In this document: positions 11,178-20,977 of the stretch, piece by piece
Layout: every line of letters starts with the position of its first letter
Numbering within the stretch: position 1 is the first letter of the stretch
Assembly: GCA_001275005.1 (NCBI GenBank)
Contig: JWZX01003152.1
Coordinates: 1-63,023, forward strand
DNA: 63,023 nucleotides
Origin: Chrysochromulina tobinii
Taxonomy: Eukaryota
Direction of reading: 5' to 3'
Program-made: the position numbers and the translations under genes
The notes under the pieces: model-generated
The model's input: only the letters and a program-made list of their open reading frames with translations
Databases searched by the model: none
What the model was told of the DNA's origin: nothing

Positions 11178-11395
11178 AGAGTAATCTCAAGTCGTTGCGC
11201 GCAGAAGACAGCCGCTACCAGAAATCACGTTACGAGACTGGACAAAGTTTAGGCGCCACCGCACTCGTTCTCGTTGACTCTTCTCATCCAAAATGTTCTC
11301 ATCTTAGAGTTTAAGAGTAATCTCAAGTCGTTGCGCGCAGAAGACAGCCGCTACCAGAAATCACGTACGAGACTGGACAAAGTTTCGGCGCCACC
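11178..11395. repeat. Near-perfect ~83-bp direct repeat (11178-11260 and 11314-11395)
   Basis: AGAGTAATCTCAAGTCG...GGCGCCACC twice, with one indel and one substitution, 53-nt spacer. Confidence 0.92.
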
Positions 11396-11463
11396 ACTTT
11401 CTCTCTCTCTCCCTAGCCACACATGGACGACACCTTAAAATTCGGAGCTCTTCGACCTGTAGG

Positions 11464-11832
11464 TTATCGTCGCCGGACTCCGACTCGCCTCTCATCGTCG
11501 TCACCGCTCGCCAGTCGCTCAAGCTCGGCGGCTGCAGTTCGCAGATCAGTGGGCAGCGCGGCGCGCGCGAGATCAATTGCGTGGCTGACCTGCTCTTCGA
11601 GGTTGGCTAGCGCCGACAGGGGTGCTTCCATTCGCATCGCCCATTCGGCCTCTAGCCCGCGCAGCGCCTGCTCCGCCTCGGCCGACGAATGATCCGGGGC
11701 CATCGTCGTCTGCGTCTCGAGTGGCTGCAGCTTTAGGCTGGTGGTCGCAGCTGAACGAACGACGGATGGCAGACCATCGTTTCGAGACGACGAGACGTCG
11801 AAGAGGCGGCGGGCCGTGTCATCGGTCGTCAT
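11464..11832 (-). CDS. Hypothetical helical protein, 122 aa
   Basis: ATG-started ORF divergent from the DSP gene, amphipathic heptads. Confidence 0.5.
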   Translation of the reverse strand: MTTDDTARRLFDVSSSRNDGLPSVVRSAATTSLKLQPLETQTTMAPDHSSAEAEQALRGLEAEWAMRMEAPLSALANLEEQVSHAIDLARAALPTDLRTAAAELERLASGDDDERRVGVRRR

Positions 11833-11969
11833 CGTTTGTGAAATCGGTCGTTACTTTGGACGACTTCTGGACGAAATTTTGTGGGTTTGGTGTGAGCCTT
11901 CCTAAGGTTGAACCAAGGAGTATCTATTCTCCTTGATCGATCAAGTTTCGCCCGAGACAACGCAAGACG

Positions 11970-12575
11970 ATGGCGTCCTCTGCGCCGATTCACGCGGCAG
12001 TCGACGAGCACGTCGCGCTTCACATCTCTTCGGCGGCTGCTGCCACGCCGGAGGCTCTCGATGCCCTGGGCGTCACGCACGTCGTCAACGTGTCCGTAAA
12101 CGGACCAATGCCGCTGCGGTCAACGGAGCCACAGTACGAGAGCATGCACATTGCTATCGACGATGATCTGAGCGCCCCGTTGCATGAGCATCTTGACGCT
12201 GCGGCAGACTTCATCGACGCCGCGCTGAGCAGTGGTGGGCGTGTGTGCGTCTTCAGTGCCAACGATCAATGTGCTGCATGCGCCGTTGCCGCCTTCTACC
12301 TCATGCGGCAACATGGGCGCAGTCTTGCTGAGGCACTTGGCGCGATGCAGGCACGCCCCAACGTCGGCTTTTGGCAGCGGCTCATCGAGGCAGAATCTTG
12401 GCTCCGTGCTGCCCCCCCCAGCATGAGCATTCAGCAGTATCGCTGGGCGTACTTGGAGGCGAGCAGACCGACCGAAGATCGGGGAGCGCTCTTGCAACAA
12501 TTAGAACTCGGACTGCAGGAGGTGCAAGCACTGGTGCATCGGCACAGCTTCACCCCGGTGCAGAAGAACATATAG
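11970..12575 (+). CDS. Dual-specificity phosphatase-fold protein, probably inactive
   Basis: LGVTHVVNVS, HLDAAADFIDAAL..GGRV.V, YLM, PN.GFWQRL; the HCxxGxxR loop is replaced by FSANDQCA. Confidence 0.85.
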   Translation: MASSAPIHAAVDEHVALHISSAAAATPEALDALGVTHVVNVSVNGPMPLRSTEPQYESMHIAIDDDLSAPLHEHLDAAADFIDAALSSGGRVCVFSANDQCAACAVAAFYLMRQHGRSLAEALGAMQARPNVGFWQRLIEAESWLRAAPPSMSIQQYRWAYLEASRPTEDRGALLQQLELGLQEVQALVHRHSFTPVQKNI

Positions 12576-12928
12576 TGCAGAAGAATATTCATATTTTTGC
12601 CAAAAGGTTGGCGTTGACCACAGCAAAATCAGGGATTCGCCCACTGTGACCCTCCACGTGAGCTCAGACGCCGTGGGGCTCGGGCTCGGCTTGTCGGGAC
12701 GCGGCGCCACCGGCCCACCGCTAGGCTGGGTGGGGGACACACATCCGCAGGCCGTCACGTGCCATGCGCCGGTCTCGAGGGACGCGTCCATGAGACGCAA
12801 CGAGAGGGAGAGGGACATCCCGGCGGCGGCCAGATGCTGTGTCACTCGTCGGGCAATTGGTTCTCCCTTTCATGCCCCGCGCAGGCAGCCCAAGCCGGTC
12901 CCTCGCTCTCTTGGCCTCTCACTTGGCT

Positions 12929-13795
12929 TCAATCCACAGCCTTATGCTCTGTTGAGACCATCCCCCCCCCGAGCGGATCCGCCTCAAGCGCCGCGTCGAG
13001 TTCTGCGTCAAGCGCCGCGTCGAGCTCAGCGTCGACGGTCGAGGCGCCAAGCGGCTCTGGCGCTTCGAGGCTCACGTCTTCCAAGTAGCCATCCGCCGTC
13101 GGGCTCTCGATCGCTGATCCAGCCTCGAATACCATGGTGGCCACTTGCACAGGCGCAGGGGGCGGCGGTGGCGCCTTCGATCCGACGTCAGCACTCGTCT
13201 TCCAGCCGCCCTTGCCGTCAGCGAGCGGGGTCTGGTCGCGAGGCATCATCGGCTCGGCGTCGTCGGCTTCGATGGAGGTTCTCACGATTGTCACCGACGG
13301 CGTGCGAGCAATCGGAACTTGGCTCCGCGCTGGAGGCGGCGGGGCGCTCGGTGGTGGTGGCGCAAGTACCTCCTCCTCCTCATCCTTGGAGAGCTTTGCC
13401 AGTTCCGCCTGTGCTTGCTCGATCTGCGCCTCCAAGTCGAGCACCGTGAGCTTGGCACGCTCAAAAATTACACGAACAGATTCGAGGTCGCCTGCGTCCA
13501 TTGATGCCCACGATGCGCTGCCCCACTTGCGCTTTATGCGTTCGATTTCCTGCTCTAACGCAGTGATGTGCTCCTCGAGCCGAAAGCGCTCGGCCACACG
13601 CCATCCCTCCGCTGCCGCTGTCCCAGCCGTCTCAGCGAGTTGTGCCGCCGTCTCTGTGAGGTTGTCCTTAATTGAAGATAGAATCTCAGACTGGTTAACT
13701 GTTGTGGCCACCTGCTCCCCAAGGGCTGTGGCTGCAGACGCGAGGGAATCAAAGGTTGGATACTTGACGGCGTTCCACGCCGCGCTCCATGCCAT
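12929..13795 (-). CDS. Hypothetical coiled-coil/Pro-rich protein
   Basis: 288-aa ATG ORF with heptad segments. Confidence 0.7.
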   Translation of the reverse strand: MAWSAAWNAVKYPTFDSLASAATALGEQVATTVNQSEILSSIKDNLTETAAQLAETAGTAAAEGWRVAERFRLEEHITALEQEIERIKRKWGSASWASMDAGDLESVRVIFERAKLTVLDLEAQIEQAQAELAKLSKDEEEEVLAPPPPSAPPPPARSQVPIARTPSVTIVRTSIEADDAEPMMPRDQTPLADGKGGWKTSADVGSKAPPPPPAPVQVATMVFEAGSAIESPTADGYLEDVSLEAPEPLGASTVDAELDAALDAELDAALEADPLGGGMVSTEHKAVD

Positions 13796-13876
13796 ATTTG
13801 CGGCGAGACGAATGAGGGCGCGGGGCGGGTGTGACGAAACGAACGGAGCGTTGCGAACATCCTTTTTTGGGGCATC

Positions 13877-14036
13877 ATACCTTACTTAAACTCTTGCCCG
13901 CTGGGTGGGTATCTCTGCGCGCAGAGTAACCGTAGGTTGAGGTGTATATCCGCGTGCTGCCAGTCGGCAGCAGGTCCGAGGGACGTGTGGATACATGTAT
14001 GAACCCGCACAGTGTGGTCTGTGCTCTGTGTGGTAT
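13877..14036 (+). ncRNA. Candidate structured non-coding RNA, family unassigned
   Basis: Several adjacent or nested helices with G-U pairs favouring the + strand, closed by ATACC/GGTAT. Confidence 0.3.
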
Positions 14037-14877
14037 TCTTACTTGTAGATGATCAAATGATGTTCGTTCGTTCGATTTTCGTTTTGCGACGACCGACGTG
14101 ATCTCCCCTTGGTCACTCGGCTCACTTGAAAGACAGAGAGCCCGGCCACCGCCCGCCGCTCACTCTCTACACACGATCCTCACTGACAAATATTGACGCG
14201 AGAATGAGAGAGAGGAGTGAACTGTGCGGTTGTCCGGTGAGAGATACGTTCGGTTGAGGGTTGTGCTCCTGTCCCTGCGGCTGAGTCGCGCTGCTGCCGA
14301 AGTGCGATCGGCCGAGGGCCGTGCCCCGCGGGCGCGCGCGCGTCCGACGACGAGCTCGTCGACGTCTTGGTCGACGTCGCAGGGCGAAGCAGGGTGTTCC
14401 GGACTCAGTGTGCTCCCAGCACCCCGCCGGCACTCCCGACCGTCCCCCAGGGGGGTGCGTCTCGCGCACTCTCCACGGTCTCCAGAGTCCGTCCACCTGG
14501 TTCCTAACCTGGTCGACCGATCTTCGACGTACCGACGATCTAATATTAATAATTAAAAGCTCGTTTTCTCTCAGTGCGCAGGGCTTTCTTTGGCAGCGTC
14601 TTCAAGGTTTCAAAACACACCTGATACGCTCATCGGCTAGCCCTACACGCACAGACCCACTCGTCGCGATGCACTAACTTCTTTTGGAGCCCCGGTCTAG
14701 CCTCTGATTTCTCGAGACCGCTGCTCCCCGCACGCTTGACGAACTATGGGTCATGACTTTCCTCTGCAGAGCCGCAGCGCACCGTGCGTGCGACTGTCCT
14801 CTGAGTCTCTCTGGGACGGAGGCACAAAGATGAGCTCCGGCGCCAGCACGTGAACGTCGTGCGACGACGCATCCAGC

Positions 14878-15396
14878 TCATGCGTCCTTCTTCTGGAACT
14901 TGTTGACGATGTTCTCCTGCACCCAAGGCGTGGTGCCGAGAGCGAGGCCGATGCGCAGCGGGACGGCGAAGCGCGCGACGTTGACGAAGGCGAACGCCTC
15001 CGCGCCAAGCTTCTGAAGATCCTCGCTGTTGCTGAAGTCGGGATAGTGGCCCGTGACCTCGTAGAAGCCAAAAAGAGAGACCGGCACGGACACACCCCAG
15101 AAGGCCCACTCCCAGAAAATGTACGAGATGATGCCGGCAACGCCCGCATCCTTGACCTTCTGCATCATGCTCTTCGAGTCTTCCACCACCGGTTCCACCT
15201 CCTTCTTGCTCTCAGTCTTCACGATCACGCCACGCATGCGATCCAGGAAGCTCGGTGCCTTCTGCTCTGTCTCGATCATATTAACGATGGGCGAGGAGGC
15301 TGCGAGCGCAGCGGCGCGGCGAGGAGCGACGACCGCGCCCAGCTGGAAGCAGGAGACCAGCGCCGGAAGTGCAAGCAACAAAACGGAAGTGCGCAT
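14878..15396 (-). CDS. Plastid-targeted membrane protein of unknown function
   Basis: Bipartite presequence MRTSVLLLALPALVSC-F, TM segments, PLRIGLALG motif. Confidence 0.8.
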   Translation of the reverse strand: MRTSVLLLALPALVSCFQLGAVVAPRRAAALAASSPIVNMIETEQKAPSFLDRMRGVIVKTESKKEVEPVVEDSKSMMQKVKDAGVAGIISYIFWEWAFWGVSVPVSLFGFYEVTGHYPDFSNSEDLQKLGAEAFAFVNVARFAVPLRIGLALGTTPWVQENIVNKFQKKDA

Positions 15397-15629
15397 TTGC
15401 GCCTTGGTGGGTTGTGCGAGCGTAGAGCTTCGAGCCGCTTCTCTCGACCTTCCTGATCTGGCACGTTGAGATCAAGGTGCTTTCAACAACAAAAAATAGT
15501 ACCCCGTCCCTATCAGGACCGAGCTACTCGCGCGTTGGTCTCATCTAGGTCTCATACAGGTCTCATAGTGTGCCGGCGCTTGATTAGCGCTTGATGAAGC
15601 CTCACAGCATTGCACTGCTCAGGCACTCG

Positions 15630-16697
15630 TCAAGCGTCAAGCTGCACGCCATTGCCAGCCTTGAGCAGCTTTCGAAGCTCTTCTATCTGCGCGTCATCCT
15701 CGCTCTGCCAATTATCTGATCTCTGCGCATAGTCCTGTCGCAGCATCTCCTTCCACTGCTGGATGGAGCTTGCGCCGAGCTGGCCTTTGACGTCCATTGG
15801 CCGCACGTAAGCTTCAGGGTGGTACCCACCTGAGGAGAATGCGGTGATGTCCGCAAAGGTGTTCATGTGGTGTATCTCGTACGAGCGCGACATCCTCGCG
15901 AACCCGTCGAGGTTGGCCCATTCAGCCGGGTGCTTGGCGGGTTTGTACTTGGCGTACGAGTCGCCTGGCTTCCAGCCGGCGTCTTGGAAGTAGGCGCGCG
16001 CTGTTAGGCTCTGGTAGGCAGGCTGCGGCCTGACCTGTGGTCGGCTTGAGCGTTCGGCGCCATTCTTAGCGCCCTCGGTCTCCTCCCAGTTTTCATCGAG
16101 CAGGATGCCACTGCCATCGACGCTGGCAACTGTGCTCTCCGGTGGCGGCTTCTCCCCCGATGTTGGCAGGACCGCCGGCTGGCCTTTGCGGCCGCCCAGA
16201 CCCATCCAGGTCGCCTCATCCTTAGGTATGGGGGCACTGCGGGCGCGCAGCCTCGGCTTTGGTAGCTCGCGCGCCACCTCGACTTTGAAGGGGGAGGCTA
16301 TCGCCATCTCACCCGTGTCGAGCATGTGGCCCAGATTAGTCGGTGTCTTGGACCGCGGCGGTGAGGAAGAGCGATACAGGCGCTCGCGCGCCTCCTCACG
16401 CTCTTCGCGGGGCATTGCCTCCCCAGTCTTTCGACGCATTAACCCTTCCGAAGGGTGAAAGTTGGACCGTGCCCGGCGTATTGTTGCGATCCGGGCCAGC
16501 TCGTCTCTTTTCTCCTGGTCTGATAAGATCTTTAGCCGCTCTTCATTGGAGCGTTCCTGCGGCACCCTTTTGGGCATGTGTGCATTTGGGTCTTGGACCT
16601 GTAACCAGATCTCCTGCAGCTGCGAATGGCCTCTTGGTGGCCCACCAATAGCGCCAGTGCCACGCTTGATCGAAGAGAGCATGGCTATCCCAGGCAT
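15630..16697 (-). CDS. Hypothetical protein (~355 aa)
   Basis: Long ORF with protein-like composition; first in-frame ATG at 16697. Confidence 0.7.
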   Translation of the reverse strand: MPGIAMLSSIKRGTGAIGGPPRGHSQLQEIWLQVQDPNAHMPKRVPQERSNEERLKILSDQEKRDELARIATIRRARSNFHPSEGLMRRKTGEAMPREEREEARERLYRSSSPPRSKTPTNLGHMLDTGEMAIASPFKVEVARELPKPRLRARSAPIPKDEATWMGLGGRKGQPAVLPTSGEKPPPESTVASVDGSGILLDENWEETEGAKNGAERSSRPQVRPQPAYQSLTARAYFQDAGWKPGDSYAKYKPAKHPAEWANLDGFARMSRSYEIHHMNTFADITAFSSGGYHPEAYVRPMDVKGQLGASSIQQWKEMLRQDYAQRSDNWQSEDDAQIEELRKLLKAGNGVQLDA

Positions 16698-16946
16698 CGG
16701 CGCCACACCAGGAGACCCGCAAGCAGTCCGACGTTTTGGCCGTACGACTTCGATGAAGAAACCACGGGTCGCGTCGCGAGCATATTAATTGTCTATTTTA
16801 AGCTGCGTCACTGTTCACGTTCACGTTATTCAGCCTCATTCCTTTCGCGCAACCTGCGTGTACCACACATCCTGCCTCATTCGGGCAATATCAATTTATA
16901 TTCATGACACGGTTTTTGGCGTTCAGGGGAGGGAAACATTACCAAA

Positions 16947-17934
16947 ATGGAATCCTGTGGCGCGGTCATTGGCTTCAGCCTGATCGCGCTCGCGCTCGCT
17001 TTGGCGTTGGATTTTGGTAATGTTTCACAACAGCTATCCGCCGCACGTGCCATGCAGTCACTGGCCATGCGCACCCTCGAGCGAGAGCAGTGGCCTGAGA
17101 AAGGCAGCAGCCTGCTTCACGGCCAGCGGCCCCGTCTGTTTGCTGCATCGAACTCGCCAGTTTCATCGCTGCCGTGCATGCGTTGGAACGCATCATACCT
17201 GCGCACGCGCGGAGCGGAAATTTGGCTGAGCGCCTTTGCGTCTAATATCAGCGATTCTGTGATGGGTAGTGCTGAGTTTGTGTTGGCCCGTGGCCGGGAA
17301 TCAGAGTTTCAGCGATCAGCGACGGTGGCACCGATACCGGACATAAGCCTGTCCGAGCTGCTCACGCCACGTGCAGAGCGGACAACACTTACCGCTGATC
17401 GGCTCATTTACTATGCCGGCTCGATGGACAGCTGGGCCGACCTTGGCGCCGAGGCGAAAGGGCTGATGCAGAACTTCGACACACACGACGGGCCAACGCA
17501 AGCGGCTGGCGGCGCGTGGCCAGCTTCGGCCATCAACGGCTGGCTCGGCTCGCGTGGCGTACTGGCCACGCCGCACTACGACCCCTCGCACAATGTGGTG
17601 GTCCAGGTCTTTGGGTCTAAAATTTGGCTCCTATGGCCACCCGAGGTGTTGCCCGCACTGCGTCTGCATCCAGCGTCGCACCCTTCGCGTCGGCAGACAC
17701 GCCGGCAGCTGCTGCAGATGCTCCAAAGTCCGTATCTCAATGAAGCCAGCGCATCGCAGGAAGCGCCTGACGCGCTCGAATCGGCGGCCGATCGGGCCCT
17801 TGCGCGGCATGCAATCTCATTTGAGTTGCATGCGGGCGAGTCGCTCTACGTACCGCCCTTCTGGGCACATGCGGTGCTCGCGACCGGTGACGAAACCGGT
17901 GATGACGACGGCAGCAGCGGTAGCGGCGGCAGCA

Positions 17935-17985
<51 letters not shown>

Positions 17986-18014
17986 GGCTCGTCTTCGTCG
18001 GCGACGGCTGCTGA
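16947..18014 (+). CDS. JmjC/cupin-8 2-oxoglutarate dioxygenase-like protein with N-terminal anchor; 3' end questionable
   Basis: WLG...TPHYD..HN..VQV.GSK.W.LWPP and L.AGE.LYVPPFWAHAV give the HxD...H triad. Confidence 0.85.
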
Positions 18015-18852
18015 GGAGAGATCCGCAGCAGAAGCTCGGTACTGCGCAGAGACGAGGAAGCTCGTCTTCGATGTGGTCGAGGGGCTGGCCGGTCACCACT
18101 ACGAGCGGCGCGCCGAGGGGCGCGAGGCGGCTACCACGCAGCTCGCCGCACGCACCAAACGCCTGACCCTCGAGGCGGCCGACATGATGGGGGAGGGGGC
18201 CCTACCGGTAAGCGCCTCATCGTCCATTTGGATCCGAATGGCCGAGGAGCAGATCCAGCTGTGGCGTGCGATGATCACAGGGCCCGAAGGCACGCCGTAT
18301 AGCTCGGGCTGCTTCGTCTTCGACATCCTCGCCCCCGCCGAGTATCCCAATGTCGCCCCCAAGGTGAATCTGCAGACCACGGGCGGCGGCTCCGTGCGCT
18401 TCAATCCGAACTTGTACAACTGCGGCAAGGTGTGCCTCTCGTTGCTGGGTACGTGGCAGGGAGACGATGGTGAGTCTTGGCATCCGAAGACGTCGACGCT
18501 ACTCCAGGTCCTCATGTCCATCCAAGCACTCATCCTCGTACCGGACCCCTTTTTCAATGAGCCCGGCTTCGAGCGCAACCGAGGCACGCCGGAGGGCGAC
18601 AGGCAGAGCCGCCAGTACAATGAGACGATTCGAGAGGGCACCGTGCGTTACGCGATGATCTCGCAGCTGCATAGCCCGCCGACGGAGCTCAAGGAGGCCA
18701 TCTACACGCACTTTCGGCTGCGGCGCACGGCGGTGCTCGAGCAGGTACGCGGCTGGGCGGCTGAGAAGGAGAACTCGCCGAGGCATGCGGAGGCGATGAA
18801 GGGGCTGGTCAAGGAACTTGAGGCCGCGCTCGATAAGCACGTGCCTGAGTGA
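17902..18852 (+). CDS. Ubiquitin-conjugating enzyme, BIRC6/UBE2Z-type UBC domain; N-terminus uncertain
   Basis: ITGPEGTPY..GCF.FD, TTGGGSVRFNPNLYNCGKVCLSLLGTW (active Cys), DPFFNEPG. Confidence 0.9.
17936..17983. repeat. (GGC)n trinucleotide tract
   Basis: ~16 GGC units at the JmjC/UBC overlap. Confidence 0.95.
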
Positions 18853-19335
18853 GAGAGCGCCGCGCTCAAACCGCGATGTGCAAATTTACCATGTGGTGTG
18901 GGTACTTTGGCAAAAGCCCTTGTTGGTTTGAGAGATGTTCACGTTCACACAGGACACTTCACATTTAGCGTCTTTGAAGACGAGATATGCCGGGTCGTTG
19001 ACATGCGCGAGGACGGACGGAGCCAGCGTCTCTTCAGGGGGCGGTTAGTATATTTTTCCTGGCAGCCCCCTGGCGCGCCCATCTGGGGGTTCACCGCCCA
19101 TGTCGGCGGGCGCGCTCCCTCCCGAGTTCATATTTGGGTCTCGCCGATCTTCTCTTATATAGGCTGTTTCTCAGCTCTCTGCCTGCATGTGTCTCAGTTG
19201 AGGCCTGGCCTGTATTGTATTGTTTTGTCTTCACGGCTGTACTGCTTACGTGTTGTGTGTATTAACATGAACGTTGTGAGAGGTCTGCGACAGGTCTGCG
19301 ACTTGAGACACTACGAGAGAGCCGCGCGGAAGAAC

Positions 19336-20334
19336 ATGGTCTATGCCGAGCCGCGCAAGGTCGATTCGAAGTGGTTCACGAAATTTGAGTCTGGCCTGCC
19401 CGACCTTACGGGTAAGGTTGTTGCGATCACGGGCTGCACCACGGGCACGGGCTTTGTGTGCGCGTTGACTTGCGCACGTAAAGGAGCGCATCTGGTGATG
19501 CTCAATCGCAAGTCCTCCAGGAGTTCTGACGCCGAGCGCCGCATCAAGGATGCTGCCCCAGGTGCGACTGTGGAGACTATCGAGTGCGATCTAATGAGTT
19601 TCGCGAGTACGCGCGCAGCGGCGGCTTCTCTCACGCAAAAATTCTCGGTTAACGGCATCGATGTGCTCTGCTGCAATGCTGGAGTCATGGCGCTCGAGGA
19701 CGTAGCGACCACGGATGGCTTCGACGTACAGATTCAGACCAATCATCTCTCACACTTCCTCCTGACGAAGGAGACGTTCCCTCTTCTCGAGAAGGCGGCA
19801 TCGTTGCGCGGCGAGGCCAGGATTGTCAACCACTCGTCAGGAGCGCGCCACATGTCGCGGGGGCTCGAAGATAAGTACTTCGGCCCGAATGGTGGCCATC
19901 TCGGTGGCAACTCAAGCTCGATGCTCTGCGGCGGCGCTCGCTGGGTACGCTACAGCCAGACGAAGCTCGCAAATTCTGTGTGGACACAGGCGCTTGCCGC
20001 GCGGCTGGCGGCTGCTGGTTCGAAGGTCAAAGCGGTTTGCGCCGCGCCCGGCCTCGCCGCGACCAACCTGCAGGTGACGACGAACCAGAACGGCGGCATG
20101 AAAGAAACGTGGATTATGCGGTTCGCCCAGTCTGCAGAGGACGGGACGATGCCGCTGCTACAGTGCTGCATTGGCAGCGGCGTCGCGTCGGGCGCGTTCG
20201 TCGAGCCGTCTGGTGCCGGCAACATGTGGGGGCCACCGACGGAGGTCAAGCTGACGAAGAAGGAGAACGACCCCGCCACTATGGAGATGCTCTGGGCAGC
20301 CAGCGAGATCGCCTGCGGGGAGTGGAAGCTTTGA
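19336..20334 (+). CDS. Short-chain dehydrogenase/reductase (retinol dehydrogenase-like)
   Basis: ITGCTTGTG cofactor loop, CNAG, TNHLSHF, catalytic YSQTK. Confidence 0.92.
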   Translation: MVYAEPRKVDSKWFTKFESGLPDLTGKVVAITGCTTGTGFVCALTCARKGAHLVMLNRKSSRSSDAERRIKDAAPGATVETIECDLMSFASTRAAAASLTQKFSVNGIDVLCCNAGVMALEDVATTDGFDVQIQTNHLSHFLLTKETFPLLEKAASLRGEARIVNHSSGARHMSRGLEDKYFGPNGGHLGGNSSSMLCGGARWVRYSQTKLANSVWTQALAARLAAAGSKVKAVCAAPGLAATNLQVTTNQNGGMKETWIMRFAQSAEDGTMPLLQCCIGSGVASGAFVEPSGAGNMWGPPTEVKLTKKENDPATMEMLWAASEIACGEWKL

Positions 20335-20977
20335 ATTTCGGCAATAATCGGCCCCTCTTTCCCTCTGTGGGGGGGCATGTATGTACGGATCCGCGATACC
20401 GGACGTGCTTTCCTCTGGGGACGCATACGTGATAGCGGAGTCAAGAGCGGACGGGCACCAGAGCACCAAGTCGCACAGCGGGATGGCGGAAGTCATCACA
20501 CCCGCTGCCGCGGTAGGTTACGAGCACAAGTGGAAGTATGAGATGTAGGGCACATATCTCAGATGCAGATGGCAAGGAAGATCGTTCCCGCGGGCACAAG
20601 GTGGGTTCTAGCGCCGAAGGCGCTAGATTAGTTGTCTTCTGGGGCGAGCAACGTAACTGGGGCGGAGGCGCGGCTGCCCTTCGAGCAGAGCGCGCCGGCG
20701 GGCGGGGTATGAACCATACGCATGCATGCAGGAGGATACATACCATAAAGCCCACAGTCCGAACAGTTACTGTGGAAAGGAGGCGCGTGACCGAGCGTTT
20801 GGTCAACCCTTCTGTCCCCGGTCCATTGACATCGTGAGTGTAGAGAGTGTCGTGGTTTTTCACCTCGGCACGGGACCGAGAATGGAGTTAACTTTCAAAC
20901 TTTGGGTATTTTTTGCTTGCATGGCTCTGTTGTGTTGTTCGCAGTTCGGTACGGCGTAGCGGCGTCGGTATAGAAGT

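Noticed and set aside
18006..18017. GGC TGC TGA GGA reads Gly-Cys-Sec-Gly like a thioredoxin reductase terminus
   Set aside because: No stop follows the Gly, no SECIS recognised, and the overlapping frame is the UBC leader; likely chance
18898..19335. 146-aa N-terminal extension of the SDR ORF
   Set aside because: Non-ATG start with atypical composition; the SDR begins naturally at ATG 19336
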